Source of the DNA: Nostoc sp. DedSLP01
Lineage (GTDB): Bacteria; Cyanobacteriota; Cyanobacteriia; Cyanobacteriales; Nostocaceae
Assembly (NCBI GenBank): GCA_034530875.2
Contig: JAVRCJ020000033.1
Span: 1-64,000 of the forward strand
Direction of reading: 5' to 3'
Length of the DNA stretch: 64,000 bases
In this document: piece after piece, positions 20,801 through 30,623 of the stretch
Position numbering within the stretch: position 1 is the first letter of the stretch
Layout: the number at the start of each line of letters is the position of its first letter
Made by a program: the position numbers and the translations under genes
The notes under the pieces: model-generated
Seen by the model: only the letters and a program-made list of their open reading frames with translations
Databases searched by the model: none
Told to the model about the DNA's origin: nothing

Positions 20801-23236
20801 AGACAAATCGTAAACCCGCAGTCCGGCATTTTTGACTGAGGTTAATACTAGACTATCAGCAGAATTTGTACCATTAACATAAATGGCAGGATCGTCAGCA
20901 TCGCCACGTTCATCCACTGGGAGCGTTTCATCGTCCAACAAATCGGGACGGGTTTCGACTGTGGGTGCAGCAGTGGGAACTAAATTTGCATCCAAGGTAA
21001 GGATTTGGGTAAATTGGCTCTGGTTAAAGTTATTGTCACTTACCAACACAATCGACTGACGGCCATCTGCAAGTTTGGGGCCAAAAGCAATACCCTCGAT
21101 GTTATCTGTACCGTTAGGCAAGTTTAAGTCATTTAAATTCAACAGTAGGCGCTTTTGAGCAGGTGCAATTGCAGCTAGTTGTTCGGTACTCAAATTATTT
21201 AGAGAATCGTAGAAACTAATGTCAGTCGCACCTTGCAAGGAAACTTCGTAAATTTTGATGGTGTTGCCTAAGTCTTGTACAAAGGAACGTTCCACAGCCA
21301 GTAATGTGCCGCGATTATCTATTGCTAGTAAATCAACCAAACCATTATCAGCTGAACCTGTGCTCGGGTTTGGTGCTTGGGGAATCGCATCGGTAATATA
21401 GAGGTATTCTTTTTCTGGTTGCCCAGTCAGGAGATTGTATTGCAAAATCCGGGAACGGCTACCATCGGTGAGTGAAGCCTTTAAGCCATCCTGAGATAGC
21501 GCGTTTTCTGTGGCAGTGAAGAGAGTTTTTTGGTCGGGTGTGATGGTGAGGCTTTCAAATGCCAAATTATTGTAAACGCCGGATATTTGCGCGTCACCTG
21601 CATCTACAATACCGTTGTTGTTGGTATCTTGGACTACTGGCAGGAATTTTTTAGGGATAGGTAGGGAGCGTAACTCTTGACCTGTAGTCAGCGAAAACTC
21701 TTTAATAAAGGGATTGGTAACCCGACTTGCACCCAAATCCGGCCTAACTTCGCCTTCAGAAGAGATAAAAACAGTTCCATTGTTAGTTAAAGCAATACCT
21801 TCTGGGTCAAGGCTAAAAGCTGTAAAAAAGTTGCCAGTACTATCTTTGAGAGGTGTGACATTGGTAAAAGTCACCTCACTACCAGTAGTAAAAGTATAGA
21901 ATCGAGCCAAACCGTTAGTATCAGACCGAGCATCAGAGATAGCGTAGTAGCGGTTGTTAGCAGCATCGTAGGTAACGCCAGATAGTCCTCCCACTGGAGT
22001 CAGCGTACCATTTACAGTTCCCGCTGCACCGATAGGAATAAAGCCAGTTACGAAAGTGCTTTGCCCTACAAATTCCGCACGAGAAATAGTTTTACCAGGC
22101 TCATTTGCCCCGGTTTGTAAATCTGCGAACACCAAGCGATGGTCGGAACCGGAAACCAAAGGAAATGTCGGATCAGTATTCAGCGGCCAAAATACCCCTG
22201 AATTGGCAATTGTCAAGTTGACCGAGGGTAGCACGTAATCAGACCGCAGATTTCCAGGAGCATTATCGCTAAAATCTCCGGTATCAAAAGCCGGATTGCC
22301 CTTGTGGTTAGCATTTGCGCCACCTTGCAAAGCTGTTTGCTGGGAACCACCAAGACTGCTAGGGATGACATTAGTATTAATACCAGGATTTTGCAGTAAT
22401 TGGCGAATAGCATAGTCAACACTATCACCATCGAATGGGTCAGCATTTTGGTCGCCCACAATTACAAAACTTGACCCAGCAGCAATACCGCCTTTTTTAC
22501 CTGCATCATCATAAATGTAATCGCCTTTACCAGGGGTAATATAGTCTGCCCAAAAGCGGATTTCGTCATGATTGCGCTTGCCGTTGCGGTCTTCTGCCCC
22601 GTCAAATACAGGTGGTGTGGGGTGGCTAGCGAGGACATGAATTGTCTTGCCGTCTACTTTGATGGGAATATCCCAGTGACTTTTTGAAGAAAGACGCAGA
22701 ACTGCCAGTTCCTCTGGAGAATACCAATCATTTGCCTGTGGAGTTGCAGGATCGTCAGGCAGCAAAGCATCGGGCATATCCTTCCAGAGGAAATTTTGAA
22801 AAGTGCGGATGTTAGCAGTATTAATGGGATATTTAGACAACAGCAACATCCCGTATTGTCCGGGAAAATTGCCGAATCCCAAAGCATCATCGCCGTATCC
22901 CGCTTCGCCTTGCTTTGTAACAGCTGTGCCGTTATTGTTCAAGTCAAATCCAGAAGGAATACCCGTATTGGAAGGAGCGATGTAAAAATAGGGGTAGTCA
23001 ACAGGATTTGCACCATTTTGACTTACGGTCAAGTAATTTTGCTTAAATAATTGAACTGCTTCCGGCGAGTAATCAAACTCATTAATCAGCAGCACATCCG
23101 GATTATTACGCTGAATAATTTCTGCAATTATCTTCGCCTGAGCATTATCAGGAGTAGAAAGATCCTTTACTAACTCACCTGAACTATTACGATTCAAAGA
23201 AGCGTTGAACTGAGAAAAGCGAATTGTATTTGCCAT
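17828..23236 (-). CDS. Multidomain secreted phosphoesterase: EEP domain, phytase-like domain, beta-propeller phytase, second phytase-like domain, RTX tail
   Basis: LINEFD/SHPTPPVFDG/GDQNAD/SDHR (EEP); GGLSG...DPEGI...VSDNNF; DADDPAIY...EGMVVD...DVEGL (phytase); GGxGxD repeats at the C-terminus. Confidence 0.88.
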   Translation of the reverse strand: MANTIRFSQFNASLNRNSSGELVKDLSTPDNAQAKIIAEIIQRNNPDVLLINEFDYSPEAVQLFKQNYLTVSQNGANPVDYPYFYIAPSNTGIPSGFDLNNNGTAVTKQGEAGYGDDALGFGNFPGQYGMLLLSKYPINTANIRTFQNFLWKDMPDALLPDDPATPQANDWYSPEELAVLRLSSKSHWDIPIKVDGKTIHVLASHPTPPVFDGAEDRNGKRNHDEIRFWADYITPGKGDYIYDDAGKKGGIAAGSSFVIVGDQNADPFDGDSVDYAIRQLLQNPGINTNVIPSSLGGSQQTALQGGANANHKGNPAFDTGDFSDNAPGNLRSDYVLPSVNLTIANSGVFWPLNTDPTFPLVSGSDHRLVFADLQTGANEPGKTISRAEFVGQSTFVTGFIPIGAAGTVNGTLTPVGGLSGVTYDAANNRYYAISDARSDTNGLARFYTFTTGSEVTFTNVTPLKDSTGNFFTAFSLDPEGIALTNNGTVFISSEGEVRPDLGASRVTNPFIKEFSLTTGQELRSLPIPKKFLPVVQDTNNNGIVDAGDAQISGVYNNLAFESLTITPDQKTLFTATENALSQDGLKASLTDGSRSRILQYNLLTGQPEKEYLYITDAIPQAPNPSTGSADNGLVDLLAIDNRGTLLAVERSFVQDLGNTIKIYEVSLQGATDISFYDSLNNLSTEQLAAIAPAQKRLLLNLNDLNLPNGTDNIEGIAFGPKLADGRQSIVLVSDNNFNQSQFTQILTLDANLVPTAAPTVETRPDLLDDETLPVDERGDADDPAIYVNGTNSADSLVLTSVKNAGLRVYDLSGNLLQTVNPGGIRYNNIDLQYGFKLGNQSIDIAVASDRQNDKLAIFKINPNPTTPGQYLEDITDSSIGTLFQGLPFAAPYSSSSRSAYGLALYRSPITNDYYVFVNRRETGDVAQYKLVDKGNGKIGIERVREFTVPTVEEREPQTEGMVVDQQTGFLYIGQEDVGIWKFQAEPNGDTTGKLIDKVRDLGGSHLTNDVEGLTIYYGKNGTGYLLASSQGDNTFVAYTREGNNEYIGNFAVGNNGTIDSVQESDGADVINVPLGPNFPFGLFVTQDGSNEPGKIVNDEGEQENISSNFKLVPWENIANAFGNPLKIDTTSYNPRNPVAQPKLTIYDFANLPKLGTTSQNQDIFLGGFSGLYFQGIAANGNLKFITHTDRGPNGEANGSNRPFFLPDFQPEIVSFELNRTTGEIIITKRTKLLCQDGTTPLTGLPNLQGVGNGLAYTDEIAVDLNNNVLANDPLGADLEGIVIAKNGDYWMVDEYRPAIYHFDSNGKLIERFIPQGTATAPNPDQPAGTFGIEVLPAVYAQRRNNRGFEAVALEGNKLYAFIQSPIDNPDVANDATSKASLNLRILEFNIFTKQVTGEYLYRLEGLPGTDKIGDAVSLGNGKFAVVERDDNGTSVGNKLIYQIDLAGATNINNPAKFTLPTGKTIEQLTAEELAAANITPVTKSLIANAAQLGYIGVEKLEGLALVAPNTLALINDNDFNVTGNTPAERLGILELPKNLTNIKPNLPDKFGSNNSDNVTLEAGEKFFARDGADFVEGTEGNTIKAGNGDDTVLVGSNSSVSGGEGNDKIFIGQNSPAEYTIADGGNGDDVITVVEASGVNKLFGGAGDDTLKVIEASSQLLFGGDGNDRLTSNGSNNRLSGGSGDDILFSNVNEWLFGGNGDDALFAGQQGGNRLNGGSGIDQFWIANASLPISKNIISDFTIGIDKIGLGGIEVTQFSGLTLLQQGNNTLVKAGNAELVLLVGINSNSLTANDFVFSDSVV

Positions 23237-23383
23237 AAGAAAATGGGGAGTAGGGAATAGGGAATTGGGAATGGGGTATGGTAAGAGGCAGAGGGGCAGG
23301 GGGAAGGGGGCAAGGAGGAGAATGATACCTCTTTCTCCTCTGCTCCCTGCCTCCTTTGCGCCTCTGCGTCTCTGCGTGAGCCA

Positions 23384-26300
23384 TTAAACAAAAACAAAAC
23401 GAGTATCTGTTGCCAAATTTGTATTGCTGCTTAACCCGTCTTCCACAACAGCAATTAATTCCGCACCATTCTTAGTGAAAATACCCACAGCAGATTTATC
23501 TTTAGACACAGCTGATGCCGACCCTAATGAATAATTGGCAGCAACTCCTTTAAGTTGAATGCGATCGCCTGCTTGCAAGTTGGCAATCTCCGCGTAGTCC
23601 CTGTTACCAGAAGTGCTATAGAAAACAGAAGTTCCATCGCCCAAAACGTAGGTATCTGCATCCTGGTTACCGTTGAGAAGGTCGATTTCGTTTGTACCGC
23701 CTCCCCAACCAATCAGGCGGTCATTGCCATTCTGGCCAGAAAGTTTGTCGCTACCAAGTCCACCTAAGATTGTGTCACTGCCATTGCCGCCAGTGAGTAT
23801 GTCAGCGCCTCCTTTGCCATCCAGGTAATCATTGCCTCCTGCACCATTGATTGACTCGCTGGCATTAGTGCCGATAACGCGATCGTTCCCACCTTGAGCG
23901 TTGATTTTGTTCGCACCATTGAGGCGATCGACAAAGATAATGTCGTTGCCAGGTGTCTCTTTGTTATTAGCAACAGTCAGTTCAAAAGTATCGCTGGCTG
24001 TCAGACCTTTGGCATCAGCAGCAGTGACCGTGACGGCAAAAATACCAGTTGTGGGAACAGTACCAGATATCACACCAGTGTTGGCAATAATACTCGCTCC
24101 ATTCGGCAAACCAGTAGCGCTGTAAGTGAGGGTGTCACCTGGATCGATGTCAGTAAATTTGTTACTGACATTGAAAGAGAAAGCTTTGTTAGTGGAGATA
24201 ATTTGGTCGTCAATGGGTTGTACTACCTGGGGAGCATCGTTTCCAGATATATTAAACCTAGCCACGCTGGGGTCATGGTCGCTATCCTGGTCGAAAAACT
24301 CTGAGTTGACGTGAACTACATCATACCCATCTAGGTTTTTGAGTAAGTTCTGACTGACTAAAATGTGGTCGAGAGTTTGGGCGTTACCTTCAAAATTGTA
24401 GGTGTAGCGCTGATTTTGAGGCAGAGTTTCAATTAGAGAAGTCAGTCCAGCACTTTCTAAGGTAGTGACAGGTCTAGAAAACTCAAAATCATTCAAGTCA
24501 CCCGCTACAACTACATTGGCATTGGGAGCGATCGCTAAAATATTCTCGACAAAGTTTTTCACCAGCGTAGCTTGTTGTTGGCGCTGGGTTTCGCTACTCA
24601 GGGTTGGCGGTTGATTGGGGCCGTATAATGGTTGGTCGCCACCTTTAGAATTAAAGTGGTTGCCAATTACATACACAGTTTCACCGTTAAAAGTAAATTC
24701 ACCAACTAAAGGTTTACGACTGGCATTAAAAGCTGAGTTGGTGGGGTCAATCAAACCAGGACTGTTAGAAATTACGGGAACGCCAGAGTTATTGGTAACT
24801 GTAGTGTTGGAGGTAGAAGTACCACCGGGACGATCTACAAAGCTGACACGATTGGGATTAAATAAGAAGCCGACGCGGATATTTCCACCAGGTTCGCCAC
24901 CATTGGTATCGTCTACTGGGTTGATTTGGCGATATTGATATGTGGGGCCACCAGCAGCGACAATTGCATTAATTAATGTTTGGAATGTAGTGCTGGCATC
25001 TACTACGCTATCGTTCGTCGGCCCGTTATTGTCTTGAATTTCTTCTAGAGAAATAATATCCGGTGATTTCAAATTATTGACAATGCGACTAGCCAGGTTG
25101 TTAAACTTAGTTGCACCATCCCCTGGGTCAAGGTTTTCGACATTGAAGGTAGCAATTGTCAGTTGGTCGGTGGTGGGAGTTAAATTAGTGACTTCCTTAG
25201 TCAACGTGCTATTGGAATTAACAGTCACCGAGGTTGGTAGAACTTCGTAGTTGCTGAAGTTATAATCAACCACACCCGTAATTGTGTTCAAAGTAGCACC
25301 AACATTAACTTGCGGCGAGCTACCAGAAGTAAACAGCGTATCATCTATTTGAATGCGCTCTGGATTAAAATCGTTGGGACTAACAGCTATACCACCGCGT
25401 GCTGTACGTCCCGTGGCATTAGCACCATTGTCTGCCAGTACCCAAATCTCCCCAAATGAATTTGTCGGGCTAACTGCGACAGGATTATTTACCTGTACCA
25501 GCATTCCTTCCAAGCTTTCGTAGAAATCAATGCCATCTTGGGCAGGGTCGAAGTTAGTCGTTCCAGTTTCGATATTACCGCTAGTGTCGTTATCGATTAC
25601 CGTCGTTGGAATAGTTCTGCCGCCATTACCAAGGATGGTGGCAGCTGGTAAAGTATTGCCACTGGAGAGTTTGACAATCGTGGGGCTAACAATTTGTGTG
25701 GTTGTTAAGTTATTAGCATTACCGCCTGGACGAAACTCGCTGACTGTTCCAGAGGCTAATATGGAATCTCCGACAGCTACCGTTGGTGCTGATGAAGTGA
25801 AGACAAAAATGGCTTCGGAGGTGCGATCGTCATTATCCGGGTTGGGGTCTTGTAAATAAAAGCCATTAGATTTGACAACTGTGACAATTCCTGATATGTC
25901 ATCTACTCTTTGCCCGTTTAAGGGAGAGATGTGAGATGCGCCCTGGATGTCGTGAATGCGAGGAGTAAGGACTACAGCGCCGAGTGTAATGCTATCGGTG
26001 CGGAATTTTTTGAAATTGTTCTGTGATAAGTCTTTGGCTGCCGTACCGTTATTGTAGAGAACGTTGTCGCCATCATCGCTGACAAATTGTATTTGAGAGG
26101 TATCTGTTAAGTTCTCAGGGATGGTAATAATTCCTTCCGGGTTGAAGCCGGCAGGGAATCTAGCGGCACGCAATTGTGGTTGGCTGTTGGGATTGCCATC
26201 CCAAGTATAAAGGCGGAAGTCGTTGGGGGCTGCTCCTGCATCTCCTGCTGGCCCGGCAATAATTACATACTGGTTATTGGCATTCTTGCGAATTTCCCGA

Positions 26301-28351
26301 ATACCGCGATCGCCTAAATCCAATTCTATGGGAGCGCCAAACTGTGCCGAGCCTTGGGTACCACCATTAGCTGATATCAGGCTAGCAAAGTTGGTAACTT
26401 GAACGATGAGTGCGTTGGAACGTCCAGAGGGTGGGATTTGAGGAGCGCGAAATGCGATATAAGCTGTGGTGTTGTTGGGGGCAATTTGTAAGCCTTCAAT
26501 ATTGTAGCCATTCGATTGCTTTGACCCGACATTAGTTGCAGCGCTGGCAGCTAAACCGTAGTAATTGGCTCCCTTGCCGTGACCGTTGGTGACATCCCAG
26601 TTGATGATATCTTCTTTTAAAAAGTCGTAGCGACCAGCATAGCTGAGTGTTGTGGATGCTCCTGCACCAGAAACATCTGTGGCAAAAACCCGATCGCGAT
26701 TAGGACGATTGTTGCCTTCATCATTATTACTTTGCGACCCTAACCAAAAAATGCGATCGCCCACTCTGGTTGAAGCTTCGATATCCACTTCTCGAAATAC
26801 ACCAGAACTATTAGTCTGTGTGAGTCCTAGAGAACTTGTAAAGTCAAAACCAGTTATAGGCAGCCCCGATTTACTAAAGTCATAAAGGCGCAAAACTTGA
26901 TTTTCGTCATCGGCTTCCAAGAAGAATGTACCGCCCACAGAAGTAGCTGTAGAAGCATCGCTGGCACCAGTTAAAAATTCAGTTGTGGCAGTACCATTAT
27001 TCGCTGATGCTGCATAAGCGATCGCATAATTAGCAGTACTAGTACCATCGCTGACGCTGACTGTAATATTAGCAGTACCAACACCTACGGGATTAATTTT
27101 CAGATTGCGGCTGGCTCCGGTACCAGTTAGCGTTAGGTTGCCGTTAGGAACCACCGCTGCATTACTGCTAGTGACTGTCACAGTCAAATTTTCTACAGGC
27201 GTATCGGCATCAGCAATGGTAAAGTTTACACCCAGCGTTTTTGCTGGGTCGTTGGCGTTACCAATGACGCCACTAATTGCCCCTGTCCCTGTGGTAGGCA
27301 AAGCACCGTTAGCATCTAACAGATCTGTGGTGCTGGCTGTGTCTAGTTGAATAGTAGGTGCTTGTCCCACTACTCCATCATTATCGGTAATGGTGATGTT
27401 TTGAGTAGTAGTGGCGCCTAGTGTAATACCAGTGCTAGGGTTGCTGATGGTTAAGGTAGCGGTTTCTGTGCCTTCAACCAAAGCATCATCAACAACGGTA
27501 AAGGTGATAGAACCTGTGGTTGAACCACTAGGAATGGTAATTATGGTGTTGCTCAGGTTATAGTCGCCTGCGGTGATGTTAGTTCCGATTACAGCCAAGT
27601 TAACTGTTTGATTGCCGGAAACTGCACTAGAAGCCGTTAAAGTAACGGTAATCGCTGTTGTACCTGCTTCTGAGCCAGTATTGGTGCTGACAGACAAGTT
27701 GACTGTTGGCGTTGCTGCACCGACGGTAAATGCTGTCGAACTAAAAGGCACATCAGGAGCCGTACCATCAATACTTTGATCGCCAGTACCGTCCTGTGTC
27801 TGCCAGTTAGCGGCATTGTTAATTAGTGGGAGATATGAAGGAAAGTCTGGTTGTCCGCTGCGAGAACCATTGTATGCAGCAATATCTACATCATCATCAA
27901 CATTTGAGAAATCAATGGCATTAGTGCCTGCTGTCAGTCCTGTGCCAGTCAACAAACCATTTGTACTATTGAAACCACCACTAGCGATCGCTGTGATAAA
28001 AGTAGGAGAAGTTGCGCTTCCTTGATAGGCGTAGATAGTCTCGTCATTCGCACCAATACCCCTGTTTCCACCTCGTCCGCTAACCCCAGTCGCAGCGGTT
28101 CCCGTACTTGCAGTTATAGTTCCACTACCGATGTTGTCGATGGTGACAATTGTACCTGCGGTTACTAAAGAAGTAGCTGTCCAACTAAATGCACCTTCGT
28201 TGGTATCAACCCAGCCAGTACCATTCCACTCATTGTCTTCAAAAATAATTACTTCACCAGGGTTAATGTCAACGAGCGTCACAAAAGCGATGTTGTCATT
28301 TCCATCTGCATTAAAGCCTACAAATGCGATATTTCCAGCTGCAAGTGGCAT
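23384..28351 (-). CDS. Large secreted ExeM/NucH-like nuclease/phosphatase (Calx-beta, DUF3616-like, OB-fold, EEP, cadherin-like and RTX regions)
   Basis: IHDIQG, ESLEGMLV, ATFNVENL, NHFNSK, GDLND, LDHILVS and SDHDP motifs; GGxGxD repeats. Confidence 0.85.
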   Translation of the reverse strand: MPLAAGNIAFVGFNADGNDNIAFVTLVDINPGEVIIFEDNEWNGTGWVDTNEGAFSWTATSLVTAGTIVTIDNIGSGTITASTGTAATGVSGRGGNRGIGANDETIYAYQGSATSPTFITAIASGGFNSTNGLLTGTGLTAGTNAIDFSNVDDDVDIAAYNGSRSGQPDFPSYLPLINNAANWQTQDGTGDQSIDGTAPDVPFSSTAFTVGAATPTVNLSVSTNTGSEAGTTAITVTLTASSAVSGNQTVNLAVIGTNITAGDYNLSNTIITIPSGSTTGSITFTVVDDALVEGTETATLTISNPSTGITLGATTTQNITITDNDGVVGQAPTIQLDTASTTDLLDANGALPTTGTGAISGVIGNANDPAKTLGVNFTIADADTPVENLTVTVTSSNAAVVPNGNLTLTGTGASRNLKINPVGVGTANITVSVSDGTSTANYAIAYAASANNGTATTEFLTGASDASTATSVGGTFFLEADDENQVLRLYDFSKSGLPITGFDFTSSLGLTQTNSSGVFREVDIEASTRVGDRIFWLGSQSNNDEGNNRPNRDRVFATDVSGAGASTTLSYAGRYDFLKEDIINWDVTNGHGKGANYYGLAASAATNVGSKQSNGYNIEGLQIAPNNTTAYIAFRAPQIPPSGRSNALIVQVTNFASLISANGGTQGSAQFGAPIELDLGDRGIREIRKNANNQYVIIAGPAGDAGAAPNDFRLYTWDGNPNSQPQLRAARFPAGFNPEGIITIPENLTDTSQIQFVSDDGDNVLYNNGTAAKDLSQNNFKKFRTDSITLGAVVLTPRIHDIQGASHISPLNGQRVDDISGIVTVVKSNGFYLQDPNPDNDDRTSEAIFVFTSSAPTVAVGDSILASGTVSEFRPGGNANNLTTTQIVSPTIVKLSSGNTLPAATILGNGGRTIPTTVIDNDTSGNIETGTTNFDPAQDGIDFYESLEGMLVQVNNPVAVSPTNSFGEIWVLADNGANATGRTARGGIAVSPNDFNPERIQIDDTLFTSGSSPQVNVGATLNTITGVVDYNFSNYEVLPTSVTVNSNSTLTKEVTNLTPTTDQLTIATFNVENLDPGDGATKFNNLASRIVNNLKSPDIISLEEIQDNNGPTNDSVVDASTTFQTLINAIVAAGGPTYQYRQINPVDDTNGGEPGGNIRVGFLFNPNRVSFVDRPGGTSTSNTTVTNNSGVPVISNSPGLIDPTNSAFNASRKPLVGEFTFNGETVYVIGNHFNSKGGDQPLYGPNQPPTLSSETQRQQQATLVKNFVENILAIAPNANVVVAGDLNDFEFSRPVTTLESAGLTSLIETLPQNQRYTYNFEGNAQTLDHILVSQNLLKNLDGYDVVHVNSEFFDQDSDHDPSVARFNISGNDAPQVVQPIDDQIISTNKAFSFNVSNKFTDIDPGDTLTYSATGLPNGASIIANTGVISGTVPTTGIFAVTVTAADAKGLTASDTFELTVANNKETPGNDIIFVDRLNGANKINAQGGNDRVIGTNASESINGAGGNDYLDGKGGADILTGGNGSDTILGGLGSDKLSGQNGNDRLIGWGGGTNEIDLLNGNQDADTYVLGDGTSVFYSTSGNRDYAEIANLQAGDRIQLKGVAANYSLGSASAVSKDKSAVGIFTKNGAELIAVVEDGLSSNTNLATDTRFVFV

Positions 28352-28735
28352 AAATTCTCCTTGAAAGTTTTTTCATGGTGATTTGTCCTGACAACACCAG
28401 AGGGTATTACAGGGTTTAATTGGCAAGCCCGATAAAAATCAAGCAAATAATCGGAAGTTATCGCACTTTTAAATGAAGCTCAGAGTAATCGGTTGTATTC
28501 AGTGCGATGCCTTGGCAATTATCCAAAGTTGGCGAGATTGACTAGCAGTCACGTCGCTTTGCTCCGAATTCAAAATTCATGCATTAAAGACACCCATAAA
28601 TAAATTTATTGGCTCTGTATCCTTTTTGTTTATCAGTCAAGTCTTCAACAAGCAAAGGCTCTATAAAACACAGTCAAATTCATTAATTAAGTTACTAGCA
28701 TTATTTATATTCAGCATTTTCAAGCTATCTGAGTA

Positions 28736-28765
28736 ATATTAAGAAACGACTAGCAAAAGGTTAAA
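28736..28765 (-). promoter_or_regulatory. Putative Pho box (SphR/PhoB site)
   Basis: Minus strand TTTAACCT-N3-GCTAGTCG-N3-CTTAATAT has the 8-3-8-3-8 spacing of the cyanobacterial CTTAACCT triple repeat; it lies upstream of phosphate-scavenging genes. Confidence 0.55.
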
Positions 28766-28868
28766 AAAGCAAATATTTGTCATAGTGTTGCGTTCAAATC
28801 CATATTCTTTTGTTTCGGGTTAGGCTTTCCCCAAAACAGTTATCAAATTTCTATGTATAAAATTTTGA

Positions 28869-28884
28869 TGTAATTATTATTACA
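28869..28884. promoter_or_regulatory. Possible NtcA site
   Basis: TGTA-ATTATTAT-TACA (GTA-N8-TAC); no -10 box at the canonical 22-nt spacing. Confidence 0.3.
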
Positions 28885-28887
28885 AAC

Positions 28888-28927
28888 AAAAAAATAGCCT
28901 CTGGTTTATTTACATGGCCAGAAGCTA
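28888..28927 (-). terminator. Intrinsic terminator on the minus strand
   Basis: TAGCTTCTGG...CCAGAGGCTA stem followed by T7. Confidence 0.6.
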
Positions 28928-29249
28928 GTTTCAAAGCAGTAAAATGTCCGATCGACTTTTTTACGAAGACATCAAAAGGCTGGACTAGAATATTGGCAGA
29001 GGAAAATAAAATAGTAAAAGGTTAAATTGAGCGTCTACTATTTTTCAACATTCAGTAGACCGAAAAGTTTTGCCAATGCCAAAAAATAGTAATCGGTGAT
29101 AGCGTTTTCAAGTAAATGTGTAAAAACTGAATAAAAATTGCGGTGATGAATTGATATTTCTACTCAAAAAGGTAAATTTATCTATGGCGATCGTAACTAG
29201 TATGGGTTAACCATTATCTCATTGATAACGGCAACCCATTAATTAACAC

Positions 29250-30341
29250 TTACACATTAAAGCGGAATAACATTACATCCCCTTCCTGCACAATATACTC
29301 TTTTCCTTCACTGCGAACTAATCCTTTTTCCTTCGCAGCATTCATCGAACCAGTAGCTACCAAGTCTTTATAAGCGACAGTTTCAGCGCGGATAAATCCC
29401 CTTTCAAAATCACTGTGAATTACACCTGCGGCTTGAGGTGCAGACATTCCTGCATGAATTGTCCAAGCGCGAGTTTCTTTCGGGCCGCAAGTGAAATATG
29501 TCCGCAACCCTAAAAGAGTGTAAGTAGCACGAATTAGCGATTTCAAACCGCCTTCTTCCACACCTAAAGACGCAAGAAAATCAGCTTTATCTTCTTCCGA
29601 TAGTTCGACTAATTCAGCTTCAACTTGAGCAGAAACTATGACAACTTGAGCATTTTCTGTTGCAGCAATTTGCCGTACTTTTTCCACAAAATTATTACCA
29701 GTTGCCAAGTCATCCTCAGAGACATTGGCAGCGTAGATAATTGGTTTATTAGTCAGCAGTCCTAATCCTTTAATTATCTCCGCTTCTTCTTCATTCAAAC
29801 TTACCTGACGCACAGATTTACCTTCATTTAAAGCCGCAGCTAATTTTTCCAAAACTGTGACTTCAAACTGAGCATCTTTGCTAGTGCGAGCTTGTTTGCG
29901 AGTGCGGTCAATTCGTCGTTCAATTTGTGCTAAATCTGATAAACCGAGTTCTAAATTAATGATTTCGATATCTCGCGCTGGGTCAACAGAACCAGCAACG
30001 TGGATAATATCATCATTTTCAAAACAACGTACCACATGGACGATCGCATCAACTTCGCGGATATGGGACAAAAATTGATTACCTAGTCCCTCACCCTGAC
30101 TTGCACCTTTAACTAAACCAGCAATATCGACAAATTCAACACGCGCCGGCACAATTTGCACCGAACTGCCAATTTTCGCGAGAACATTTAATCGCTCATC
30201 CGGTACTGCGACAACGCCGACATTCGGTTCAATCGTGCAAAAAGGGAAATTAGCTGCTTCTGCCTTAGCATTAGCAACTACAGCGTTAAATAAAGTAGAT
30301 TTTCCGACGTTGGGAAGTCCGACAATTCCGGCTCTTAACAT
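29250..30341 (-). CDS. ychF: Redox-regulated ATPase YchF
   Basis: GIVGLPNVGKST, FPFCTIEPN, DIAGLVKGASQGEGLGNQFL; TGS domain. Confidence 0.98.
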   Translation of the reverse strand: MLRAGIVGLPNVGKSTLFNAVVANAKAEAANFPFCTIEPNVGVVAVPDERLNVLAKIGSSVQIVPARVEFVDIAGLVKGASQGEGLGNQFLSHIREVDAIVHVVRCFENDDIIHVAGSVDPARDIEIINLELGLSDLAQIERRIDRTRKQARTSKDAQFEVTVLEKLAAALNEGKSVRQVSLNEEEAEIIKGLGLLTNKPIIYAANVSEDDLATGNNFVEKVRQIAATENAQVVIVSAQVEAELVELSEEDKADFLASLGVEEGGLKSLIRATYTLLGLRTYFTCGPKETRAWTIHAGMSAPQAAGVIHSDFERGFIRAETVAYKDLVATGSMNAAKEKGLVRSEGKEYIVQEGDVMLFRFNV

Positions 30342-30386
30342 TTTCGATTTTGGATTTTGGATTTTGGATTACATTACCAAGGTAAT

Positions 30387-30623
30387 TCAAACCGGTTCCG
30401 GTATGGTTTGGGGAATTGTCCCTGGAACTGTTTGAGGAATAGGAGCAGGTACAGTTTCTGGTACAGGCCCTGGTATAGGCTGGGGAATGGGAGCTGGTAC
30501 TGGTTCTGGCGCAGGTTCGGGAATTGTTGGCCCCGGCACAGGCTCAGGAGTGGGTATCGGGTTTGGTTGGGGACTGGGAATTTGTGGTTCGTCAGGTAAA
30601 TAAATATTGGTGAAATTAATCAT
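30387..30623 (-). CDS. Small proline-rich repeat protein
   Basis: 78 aa ATG ORF with regular tetrapeptide repeats encoded by varied codons; co-oriented between yidD and ychF. Confidence 0.65.
   Translation of the reverse strand: MINFTNIYLPDEPQIPSPQPNPIPTPEPVPGPTIPEPAPEPVPAPIPQPIPGPVPETVPAPIPQTVPGTIPQTIPEPV

Noticed and set aside
18024..28364. Many plus-strand ORFs opposite the two giant genes
   Set aside because: They are antisense shadows of codon-biased long ORFs.
28381..28402. Short motif similarity (TCTGGTGTT, TCAGGACAA) between the nuclease leader and the candidate sRNA
   Set aside because: The matches are only 9 nt and in the same sense, so they could be chance.
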